DNA of 64,000 bases from an uncultured virus (IMG/VR IMGVR_UViG_3300022753_001683) (lineage: Duplodnaviria > Heunggongvirae > Uroviricota > Caudoviricetes): IMG/VR virus record IMGVR_UViG_3300022753_001683. One strand, 5' to 3'. A program made the position numbers and the translations under genes. This document shows, in pieces, positions 29,708 through 38,946 of the stretch (its first letter is position 1; each line of letters starts with the position of its first letter). The notes under the pieces are model-generated. The model was given only the letters and a program-made list of their open reading frames with translations, did not search any database and was not told where the DNA came from.

Positions 29708-31678
29708 TTAAGCAACCGCCTTTGCAAGAGCTTCCCAAGTCTTGGGACCGCAAATGCCATCGACCTTAATATTTACTTTCTTCTGGAATGCGCGAACTGC
29801 ATTCACAGTTTTAGTGCCATAGTCACCATCAATACCATCTTTATTTTCGCCATAAGTACCAAGATCATATCCAAGTTTCTTCAAATTAGTTTGAAGAATT
29901 TTTACATAATCATTTTCAGCGCCTTTACGGATTGTTGGATATTTACTGAAATCAAGAGAAGGAGTGATTACGTTTTCATTATCATCATCAGAATCATCCT
30001 TACCTTGCGCAGCTTGAAGCTTTTTAAGAAGTTCTGCATCAACAATACCATCTGCCAAGATGCCATTATCACGTTCAAATTCTTTAACTGCAGTTGCGGT
30101 TTGAGAACCAAACTGACCATCAGCCTTATCTTCAAGTTCATATCCCAAATCCATTAAGATTTCCTGAAGTTCTTCAACATCAGCGCCAGTCATACCTTCT
30201 TTCAAAGGTAGACGCTCGCCAAGATCATAATCAGTCTTTTCGCCATCAAAAACAAGGAATGTATTCATAACATAACCATACTTGCCGTCAAAATAAGTTT
30301 TGCTCCAAGTTTCTTCACGCTCGTAAACATTAACCTTCTGGCCTTTAGGAATGCGAGCAAGAATGGACGCAGAGGTTGATTTGCCAGCACGCAAATTGAG
30401 TCTTCCAGAGACTGTAGTTACTACCGCAGTAGCAATAGGCTTAGGAGCTTCTACTTCTGGTTCTTCTGCTTTATATTCTCCAGATACGTATTTAATACCC
30501 GGAAATTCATACCAATCAGTCCAAGGACGTTTATTTAAATCGGTAATGATAATACCCTTAGCAAACCCATAAGCTTCAACAACTTTACCATTACCAATAT
30601 AATAGCCAACATGACCATCCTTGCGCACAGCAAGCCCAGGCACTTCTGGGATAGTTGCAATCTTACCATATTTTAAACCCTTGCTCTTGGCATAAGTGAA
30701 CATACTATTTGCAGATTTATCAGGGCAGTTATTTCCATATTTACTCTTGAAGGTCTTATCAGTACCAATAGATTCGATAACACCTTCACCGCCATAAGTC
30801 CAATTGTATCCTTTACCAAGTCCCACACAATCAGCAGAAACCATCTTCTTAGAAATGTGAGATTTATATGTAGCAGTACGATCACTACCATAATGAGAAG
30901 GATATTGATTAGTTTTACTCTTTAAAGTAGAAGTTGTACATTTATATACACAAGTGCCATACCAATATGGCTGGCCAACCATTGCTTTCAAAAATTCTAC
31001 AAAATGTAAGTTAGTATATTTTTCATATTGAGACATAACATTCCCTCCTTGGGGTTTACCTTCCGTCGTCCCGACGATAGGTTCGCTCGGTTGGGTTACC
31101 ACTACCTCGCCATAATTCTTGCGAATTTCTGTACCTGGATAGTAGAATGCCAAAATTTCATCATATTTAACACCAATAGAAGCTGCATACTTAGCGCCGG
31201 TTTGACTCATACCAACACCATGTCCATTCTTCTTGCCCTATGAGACGGCATAATCCCACGGGTCTTCTTGGGCGATTAAATATGCTCGCTTTCCGCCCCA
31301 CTTTTCCTCACTTGAGTAGGTGCGGCCGCCGTTCATAGCACTGTAATGTGCATTTGTAACGATCTTGTTATTATAATAAAGAACTTCACCCTTCGTCTCT
31401 TCAACTGCTTGATGTGCTCTTGCATATGAATTAGAGAAGCGTGAAGCGCGGAATGCCTAATCTGTTGAGGATTTGTCGCTAATAGATCCTTTACTCTAAT
31501 AGCGATATAAAGCGAAAGTGCGGGCCGCAACAGCTTGAGCTTTACCTGCTTCAAGAGCAGCATTACCTACTTCTGCGGGAACCACACCTTTTAGATATTC
31601 TTCAATATCAATTTCAATTTCATCTTTACCATAATAGTCAAGATTTTCGGAGCGAGTAAGTTTTACTTTAATTAGCAT
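29708..31678 (-). CDS. Multidomain endolysin (656 aa): SpoIID/LytB domain + NlpC/P60-like peptidase + SH3b + two peptidoglycan-binding domains; 3 in-frame TAG
   Basis: EEYLKGVVPAE...KAQAVAARTFA and GHGVGMSQTGA are SpoIID motifs, joined through TAG 31496, 31457, 31238; ADCVGL...GHVGYYIG; LNLRAG SH3b; DGQFGSQT and DGDYGTKT PG-binding repeats. Confidence 0.88.
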
Positions 31679-31692
31679 GCTTATTCCTCCTT

Positions 31693-31727
31693 AAAAAAAG
31701 AAGAGGGTTGTTTATTACAACCCTCTT
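31693..31727 (-). terminator. Intrinsic terminator closing the radical SAM operon
   Basis: AAGAGGGTTGT/ACAACCCTCTT stem with T-run on the - strand. Confidence 0.8.
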
Positions 31728-31731
31728 TACA

Positions 31732-32046
31732 TTATTCAACAATCTTCTTTAAGCGAAGATTTACTTCACGACGGTCAATTTCTTCATTCATGGTATCAAA
31801 CAAAGTATCAATCTTGAAATTATCAACCACATCGTACAAGAGCTCACCGTTCTTATCAAAAACATGTACAGCCTTAATAGTGATACCAACATAAGACTTA
31901 ATATCTTCGATGGTGTCTGCAAGACTAGCTGCTGTGTTATCAAGGTAGCAGTTAAAATCATTGCCGAGCTCGCCATTTTCAATATGGCTATAATTTACGC
32001 TACGAACGTCATAACGTGTTGCAGAATCGTTGAAACTAATAAACAT
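31732..32046 (-). CDS. Hypothetical protein (104 aa), last gene of the radical SAM operon
   Basis: SD AAGGAG, highly expressed codon bias, stop TAA. Confidence 0.75.
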   Translation of the reverse strand: MFISFNDSATRYDVRSVNYSHIENGELGNDFNCYLDNTAASLADTIEDIKSYVGITIKAVHVFDKNGELLYDVVDNFKIDTLFDTMNEEIDRREVNLRLKKIVE

Positions 32047-32062
32047 GTTTTATTCTCTCCTT

Positions 32063-32743
32063 TTAGTTTGCTGGTGGAGGTGGTGGAGGCGGGGGAGGAT
32101 TACATCCACACTCCTCGGGTTTACTTCCATTCCAATCAGAGTTTTTTGGCCCTTCCTCAGGCTTTACTAAACCAAGCGCAGTTAAATAAGTTTGAGAAAG
32201 GCGAAGAGAAGCAGGACGAGACTGACGCCAAGATCTGAGTTCTTTAACAATGCTAGAAGAAGCTTGCATTAATTCAAGATAACCAGCGCCCATTTGTGCC
32301 AATGTATATGTTGGCGCAAGAGTGTCTTGAATCAAACCAATGCGCTGGGCAATAGTCTGACTACGTTCATCTTCTGGACCATTAGACAATTTAAAGTCTA
32401 AATAGTTACCAAATACAGAGCAATATTGATGAACAATCGCGCACCAGGCACTCATAAAATCATTCCAGGGAAGCTTATCCTCAGTAAGAATAAGAGTTGG
32501 AAATTCATGTTCAATACGAATGAACATGTCTAAAGTGTCCTGAGAAATTGTAAATGCACCATCGTCCTCTCCCGGTTCCCAAGCTGTGATGGCATCAATT
32601 TGCTCCAATACTCTAATCATAATTAATGAAAGTTGCGGCTGAATGGCTGTTAAAATACGACCAATAGGACCCAAAGTATCAATTTCTTTCATCACATGAT
32701 AGCGGGCCTCGCCATAAGAAAAATTACGAATTTCAGTTAACAT
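32063..32743 (-). CDS. Hypothetical helical accessory protein (226 aa) with CGC-polyproline tail
   Basis: Start overlaps the end of the radical SAM gene; ends EECGCNPPPPPPPPPAN. Confidence 0.75.
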   Translation of the reverse strand: MLTEIRNFSYGEARYHVMKEIDTLGPIGRILTAIQPQLSLIMIRVLEQIDAITAWEPGEDDGAFTISQDTLDMFIRIEHEFPTLILTEDKLPWNDFMSAWCAIVHQYCSVFGNYLDFKLSNGPEDERSQTIAQRIGLIQDTLAPTYTLAQMGAGYLELMQASSSIVKELRSWRQSRPASLRLSQTYLTALGLVKPEEGPKNSDWNGSKPEECGCNPPPPPPPPPAN

Positions 32744-34121
32744 TTAACTCCGTTACCTCCTCAAGATATTTGAATTGCACTTTCTTTTCTTCAGACAAAT
32801 CTCTCCAAACTACACTCCACACCCCATGTTCTTGTAGCCATTTCATTTCAGTATAAATCATAGCATGAGCTACTGCACATACAGTAGGAATTGGAGTAAT
32901 TAAATTACGAGTGCATTCATATTGAGCACCAAGACAGGTGCCAGTACATAATTCATTAATAGGACATTGCGCACAATGCGGCAAAGATGCTTTATGCATA
33001 GAATATGTTGAAATTAACAATTCCGGATTGATGCATTCAAATTTCAAAATTTCTTTTTCATCAGGCACCAATTTACCATAATACATATCTTCATATCCTG
33101 TGCGGTGACATGGATACATCATTAAGTCACTTACACGTAATGTAAATTGGCTTTGAATACCGCAGGTAAGACCACGTCCACAAGTTGTTAAAGGCTGACT
33201 AAACATATTAAAACCATTTGCTTTAACTAACCAGCCTGCCATAGCATATGGATCTTTATTAATTTTATTTTCCCATACCCAATCAAGAACAAATCTCATA
33301 AATTTACACAAAGACTGAACTTGATCATAATTCCATTCTTCATTGCGGACATGCAATAAATACAGGCTCTCCCATGGGATATTGTGTTTTTCCATCATTT
33401 CTTGGAACCACAAGAAATTTTGAGGCCATGCATCAATATTTCTACTATATACCATTGGATGCAAGCCACCATGAATCATATGAGAAAATTGAAATGCACG
33501 ATCATAGTACTCGTCATCTCGCACACCACCACCCAAATCCACATCTAGATCATGTAGATAAGGACGATTGTCTTCCATATATTTTCCATCAAAACTCGCA
33601 CTAAGACCTAGAGTAATACCTATACTTTCGAATTTAGCATGAAGTTCTTTTACTCTTGCAGTTGCTTCTTCAGAACACACAAAAGTAAAATTAGTAGGAA
33701 TTACAATTTCAATTGGACGATATAAAGGATCTAAATCCTTAAAATGTTCATAAATAGTTTCTAATACTTTATATCCAACTTCTTGAGCTAATAATTCACC
33801 AGAGAAAATTTCAATGTTAGCGTTCCAATCATTATGAGTGTACCATTGTAAAATAGTTTTTAGATTTTCAATAGTACGCTCTTCGTTGAAACAATCTTCA
33901 CTAAAAATCTTTTTGCGATGACGATGTAAATAACAATATCTACAACCTAAATTGCAACGCGGTGAAATAATTAACTCAATATTTTTCATTTTCTGATCTC
34001 TTGGGGTATCAATAGAGAAATCATCATAAAAATATTTCTCAATTACCCAAGCGCCCAATTCATGATTTTCTTTTTGATATTGAGACAAACCAGTATCATT
34101 TACATTGCAATGCTCGGCCAT
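32733..34121 (-). CDS. Radical SAM/SPASM-domain peptide maturase-like enzyme
   Basis: CNLGCRYC; FSGELL, PTN, SFDG; SPASM cysteines CG...YPCHR...CAQCPINELCTGTC...C. Confidence 0.9.
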   Translation of the reverse strand: MAEHCNVNDTGLSQYQKENHELGAWVIEKYFYDDFSIDTPRDQKMKNIELIISPRCNLGCRYCYLHRHRKKIFSEDCFNEERTIENLKTILQWYTHNDWNANIEIFSGELLAQEVGYKVLETIYEHFKDLDPLYRPIEIVIPTNFTFVCSEEATARVKELHAKFESIGITLGLSASFDGKYMEDNRPYLHDLDVDLGGGVRDDEYYDRAFQFSHMIHGGLHPMVYSRNIDAWPQNFLWFQEMMEKHNIPWESLYLLHVRNEEWNYDQVQSLCKFMRFVLDWVWENKINKDPYAMAGWLVKANGFNMFSQPLTTCGRGLTCGIQSQFTLRVSDLMMYPCHRTGYEDMYYGKLVPDEKEILKFECINPELLISTYSMHKASLPHCAQCPINELCTGTCLGAQYECTRNLITPIPTVCAVAHAMIYTEMKWLQEHGVWSVVWRDLSEEKKVQFKYLEEVTELNVN

Positions 34122-35512
34122 GGTTTCATCGCTCCTCTATTTACTAAAATTTTATAATATCGCATCATTTCTTCCACAGCACCATTGCCTAATAAACGCA
34201 AATAACTGCAAGGTACAATAGAAGGATTAGTTGTATAGTCTTCCTCAACGCCAATATGACAATATAATCCACAAGTCATCATAAACATTAATAAACGATC
34301 ATCTTCATTATATGCATATTTACTGTTGATTTGTCCAGCGCAAGCCATTGTTACAGCCATTTGATCAAAGAAATATTTTCTAGACATAATATCGGCATGG
34401 AAAGACATAGAACCATAAGTGCGTTTCATCCAAACCTTATCATTAGTATTCATATTACATCCACTTTGCATTGCATGCTTAGTCTTCATTTTTTCATCAA
34501 GAGCTGCATTACGACAGAGACGATTACAAGTATAAATATTTCCTTCATGATCAATAGTAATATTATTCTTACTAGCGGAACAAGAATAAGAATTTTCTTG
34601 TGTCGCAATAGGATTGCCAGCTTCTGCTTGGAAAAATACTTCAGGTCCATTAAATAATTGACCAAAAAGAGGGCGACCATCATAGCAAGGTTTATCTTGT
34701 ACATTTACTCTCGGTAAAAAGCTAAGCCATTTTGCAAATGTCTCACCATCTTCTTGAGTATAATAGCCTGGGTCAACCAAAGTTGGGCAACCCGCAATTT
34801 GTAAACTAATATTTTTTTTACCTTCAATTAATTTATCGCATTCAACTTGTAAATCATTGAAGAATTTATAATACCAGTTAAATGAATCAATTCCTCTCTC
34901 ATTCATAATTTTCATATAACTAACATCTAATGTAGCTTTAGTATTAATTACAAGAGAGAAATATTCCATATCTGCAGGACAACGAGTTAAAATTTCTTTC
35001 ATAGTTTTAATTGTGCTCGCAGTCGCTCCAGGATGACGAGAATCATCATTAAATTCAGGTGGACCATCTAAAGACATTTGAAGATTAAAAGTGATTTTAC
35101 GTTTGTGGTGAGTTGCATAAACCATCATTGGCAAGAAAAAATCTTCATAAATGCGATCGCCCAAAAGAGCATTAGTAGAAAACATTACATCTTTAGCATT
35201 TGGATAATAGTCAAATAATGCTTCAAATGTTGCTCGCCAGTACTGACTATTAATTGTAGGTTCTGCGCCCCACAAACTTACATTTTCAATAGCATCACGG
35301 ATGCCTGCGGTGACACGTTTAACATTTTCTACAAAAGTTCCATCTTCAAGTGCTTGACGAATATCTCTATTATAAGAAGCCATGCACTTTTTTTCTTTTT
35401 CAATATAACAATATTTACATGCCATATTGCAATCTGATGACCAGTGTAGGCTGACGCTGGCTATATTAGCCAGCGCTTCGCCTAAATAATCAAGAGAAGG
35501 AATTTGTTTCAT
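34100..35512 (-). CDS. Radical SAM enzyme with Twitch/degenerate SPASM domain
   Basis: CNMACKYC; WGAEPT, STN, SLDGP; CSASKNNITIDHEGNIYTCNR; lacks the CxxC-x5-C-x3-C cluster. Confidence 0.88.
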   Translation of the reverse strand: MKQIPSLDYLGEALANIASVSLHWSSDCNMACKYCYIEKEKKCMASYNRDIRQALEDGTFVENVKRVTAGIRDAIENVSLWGAEPTINSQYWRATFEALFDYYPNAKDVMFSTNALLGDRIYEDFFLPMMVYATHHKRKITFNLQMSLDGPPEFNDDSRHPGATASTIKTMKEILTRCPADMEYFSLVINTKATLDVSYMKIMNERGIDSFNWYYKFFNDLQVECDKLIEGKKNISLQIAGCPTLVDPGYYTQEDGETFAKWLSFLPRVNVQDKPCYDGRPLFGQLFNGPEVFFQAEAGNPIATQENSYSCSASKNNITIDHEGNIYTCNRLCRNAALDEKMKTKHAMQSGCNMNTNDKVWMKRTYGSMSFHADIMSRKYFFDQMAVTMACAGQINSKYAYNEDDRLLMFMMTCGLYCHIGVEEDYTTNPSIVPCSYLRLLGNGAVEEMMRYYKILVNRGAMKPWPSIAM

Positions 35513-35533
35513 ATCTCCGTTTTCTCCTCTCGC

Positions 35534-37027
35534 TTAATTCGAGTAATTTCTTGAATAATAATTACTAGTATAATTACCAGTTTTATTGCCAGAATTATAT
35601 GTAGAATAGTTACCAGACTTATAAGTGGTATGATAACCTGTCTTATAGCTAGTATAATCCGCGGTATCATAACTATGATTGGTGCCATTATGAGAACTCT
35701 TGGCGCCACTGTCATTAGAAGAATAATAACTTCCATGATGGGAGGTATAATCCGCGCTATCATAGCTATAATTACTCGTTTTATAAGTTGTATAATGCGT
35801 TTTTGCGCTTGCATTATAACCACCATGATTACTTGTGTAATCTGCACTATCGTGAGAATATTTTCCACCATAGTGAGTAGTATAATTTGCGCCTTTTGCA
35901 GATGCATTATAAGTAGCAAAATTGCTGCCATTATATCCGGCATAATGAGTGTACTTTCCACTGTTATATCCAGTATAATCTCCACCATTAGCAGATGCGT
36001 AATATGAGCCTTTGTGCGTAGCATAGTTTGTGCTATGATAGGCATAATTACCACCATTGTGGACGGAATAATGTGCATTTGCTGTTGTATAATATCCGCC
36101 AAAATTATTAGTATTATAAGAACTTAAGTGACCAACTTTTTCACTCTAATAATGTGTACTATTATGACCAGATTTATGTGTAATATAATATGTTTCATAA
36201 TGAGCAGTATTTTGCCCAGTATAATGATTAACATAATAAGAAGTTTTTACTGTGGCATTATAATTAGTATAGTTTGCAGTATCATAAGTTACATAATGAG
36301 TAGTATAATATGTGGCATTATTTGAAGTATTGTAGCCTGCATAATGGCTATATTTTTGCGCACCATTATGTGTATCAAATTCAGTACTAAATTGATTACC
36401 AAAATGATCTGGACAATGTGAAGTATTATAAATTTGATAGTGCGTAGTATAATAATTAGTATAATACGCTTTATGGTTACTACTATAATCCGCAGACTTA
36501 TGAAGACGATTGCCCGTATAATAAGTTCCATGGAACTAATAATGAGCACTCTTATACGTTACATAATTTGTTGTATTATGTTCATAATTTCCACCAAAAT
36601 AAGAATAATAATGAGTACCATTATGAGTAGTATAATAATCTGCATAATGATTCGTATAATAACTTGCATTATGACCATATCGATGACTGTTAAAATACTC
36701 AGTATAATAAGAATTATGCCAAGCTGTCCAGTTATTAATATCATATCCGGTATAATAATTTACTAAATGCCCTGTATAATAAGCATCATTATATCCAGAT
36801 TTATGACCTGATTTATAAGATGAAAGATGCCCGTTATAATATGTACCTTTTTCACCATTGTGATGGGTAGCATAATGTCCACTATAATGTGAACTTAAAT
36901 GTCCGCTCAAGTGCCCTGAATAATATGCAGGGCAATGAGCAGCTTCTTGGGCCTAAATTGCAGTTAATGGATTATTTAAGTCAGAAGGAATAATTTTATT
37001 TCCTTTGACTGCTGTTGAAGTCGCCAT
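35534..37027 (-). CDS. Tyr/His/Asn-rich tetrapeptide-repeat protein B (497 aa), putative radical SAM substrate; 3 in-frame TAG
   Basis: SD AAGGAGG, ATG 37027; MATSTAVKGNKIIPSDLNNPLTAI(TAG)AQEAAHCPAY YSGH LSGH LSSH YSGH YATH...; open through TAG 36953, 36536, 36146 to TAA 35534; only the fragment 36536-36910 is in the ORF track. Confidence 0.85.
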
Positions 37028-37049
37028 TGTGGATTATTCCTCCTTTTTA

Positions 37050-38666
37050 TTAAGTTACAGTAACATTATGCGATTTATTACCAGCACGATAAGCGGTATA
37101 ATTAGAAGTATTATAAGTGCCATAATTAGCAGTATAATAACCTGTCTTATAATTACTATGGTTACCACTATTATAACCACTCCAGTGAGAATTACGAGCA
37201 GCATTTTGACCACTATTATAAGAGCTATCATGTCCACTCTTATTACCTGAATAATGACCACTATTATATCCGCTCCAGTGAGAACGCTGTGCAGTTAAAT
37301 TAGAGTTATTATATGTTGCATAGTTACCGCTTAAATGACTTGTATAATAACCACTATTATAACCACTCCAATGATTATTATAAGTGGAATAATTTGAACC
37401 ATTATGACTGGTGTAATGACCACTTAAATGTCCTGTATAATTACCATTATTTTCAGAGCTTCTATGAGAAGTATATACAGTCTTATTATGATTAGTGTAA
37501 TGCGTAGCATAATAACCACTTAAATGCCCTGTATAATCACCTGCATTGTGAGATACATAATGAGCTCTATAACCAGTTTGATATCCCATATTATGACTAG
37601 AATATCGTCCTGTATAATGAGTAGTATAATTATTACTATTATAAGTTGAATAATGATTATTTTTTCCTGTGTATTGAGCAGTATAATTAGAGCTTAAATA
37701 GCCAGAATTGTATCCAGTATAATTAGCTGCATCACGACTAGTGTATTGAGTACCATTATGCCCTGAATAATGCGTTTTTTGTCCTGCTTTATTTGTACTA
37801 TTATAGGTCGAATAATGAGTTGTATAATTAGTAGTTTTTGCTCCACTATTATAGGTGGAATAATGAGAGCTTCTGTGAGCATAATCATATGTTTCAAAAT
37901 GACTATCATAAGCAACAGCACGGTGAGATTTTGCTCCAATATGATAAGTGGTATATTGAGTACCGTAATAGCCAGTATAATGACTATTTTGATTAGTATA
38001 ATGACTATAATAATAATTATTATAATTAGTACTCTTATAAGAACTATCATGTGAACTATAATAACCACTATAATATTCTGCATTATGACTTTCAAATTCT
38101 GCCGCTCTATGATAAAAATGACTTTTTTCAGTAGTATTGCGAGTTGTATAATGAGTTGCATAATAAGTAGCATTTCTACCGCTGTAATGTGGAGCAAAAT
38201 ACGTATTATAATGAGCTTCACGATGAGCAGAATAATAAATACCACATGCTGCCCAGTTATCAAAATATTGCCAATTACTATGATGAGATCCATAGAAATC
38301 GGAATTATGAGTTGTATAATAGCTACTATAATGACTACTCTTATAACTACTTTCTCTGCCGCTATAATATGTTGCATTATATGAAGTATATTGTGTTGCA
38401 TAAACCGTAGATTTATGCGCATTTAAATATCCTGCATTATAAGCGGCACAACCGTAATTGATAGAACCAGCTTGGCTATCAATAACATCCGATAATTCTT
38501 TAGGCGAATTATAATTTAATTTAGAATTATAAACTGCAATAGGATCATGTTGCCAATTATATTTGGCTAAACCCAATTTATCAGTTCTAAAATTATCAAT
38601 TCGATTTCGAACTAATAAATAATCAGAATATGCAGTTTTCTAACCCGTTGAAACTGGTACCGCCAT
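37050..38666 (-). CDS. Tyr/His/Asn-rich tetrapeptide-repeat protein A (538 aa), putative radical SAM substrate; TAG at codon 9
   Basis: SD AAGGAGG, ATG 38666; MAVPVSTG(TAG)KTAYSDYLLVRNRID... continues in frame into the 508-aa ORF 37050-38576. Confidence 0.85.
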
Positions 38667-38695
38667 TCGTTCGCCCTCCTTTATCTCTATAAAAT

Positions 38696-38724
38696 ATTAT
38701 AACAAAAATTTTTATCTATGTCAA
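38696..38724 (-). promoter_or_regulatory. Perfect sigma-A promoter driving the repeat-protein/radical SAM operon
   Basis: Minus strand TTGACA(38724-38719)-17 nt-TATAAT(38701-38696) with TG extension, 30 nt before ATG 38666. Confidence 0.85.
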
Positions 38725-38758
38725 AAAAAAATATGGCCGCAATTAAGCGGCCATATTT
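38723..38758 (-). terminator. Intrinsic terminator after the tail fibre gene; its T-tract runs into the -35 box of the next promoter
   Basis: AAATATGGCCGC/GCGGCCATATTT stem with a long T-run on the - strand. Confidence 0.8.
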
Positions 38759-38946
38759 ACTATAAAATTTTAACATAAAGTTAAAATATATATATTCACA
38801 TTTACCGCAATCACCATGGGTTGCGTGATGTGGGATTTATCGGACAACATTCAAAATTTAATGTCTATGAAGTAATAGATAAATACCACCAAATCTGTTA
38901 AACAGCAATTTTTCAATCAATTGGTGTGTATTTTATATAAAAATTA

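Noticed and set aside
32733..35512. Radical SAM pair as anaerobic sulfatase maturase, QueE or NrdG-type activase
   Set aside because: No sulfatase or que/dpd genes are nearby, NrdG is already present at 24681, and the length and C-terminal cysteines fit the SPASM/Twitch group; not formally excluded without a profile search
35509..38422. Many Ile/Met-rich ORFs on both strands (e.g. 35509-36102, 35630-36007, 36289-36549, 36434-36766, 37694-38422)
   Set aside because: They are shadow frames of the TAT/CAT/AAT-rich repeat genes, lack SD sites, and are fully explained by proteins A and B
35534..38576. Repetitive DNA as a CRISPR array or satellite
   Set aside because: There is no constant direct repeat with unique spacers and no cas gene; the repetition is at amino-acid level with synonymous variation
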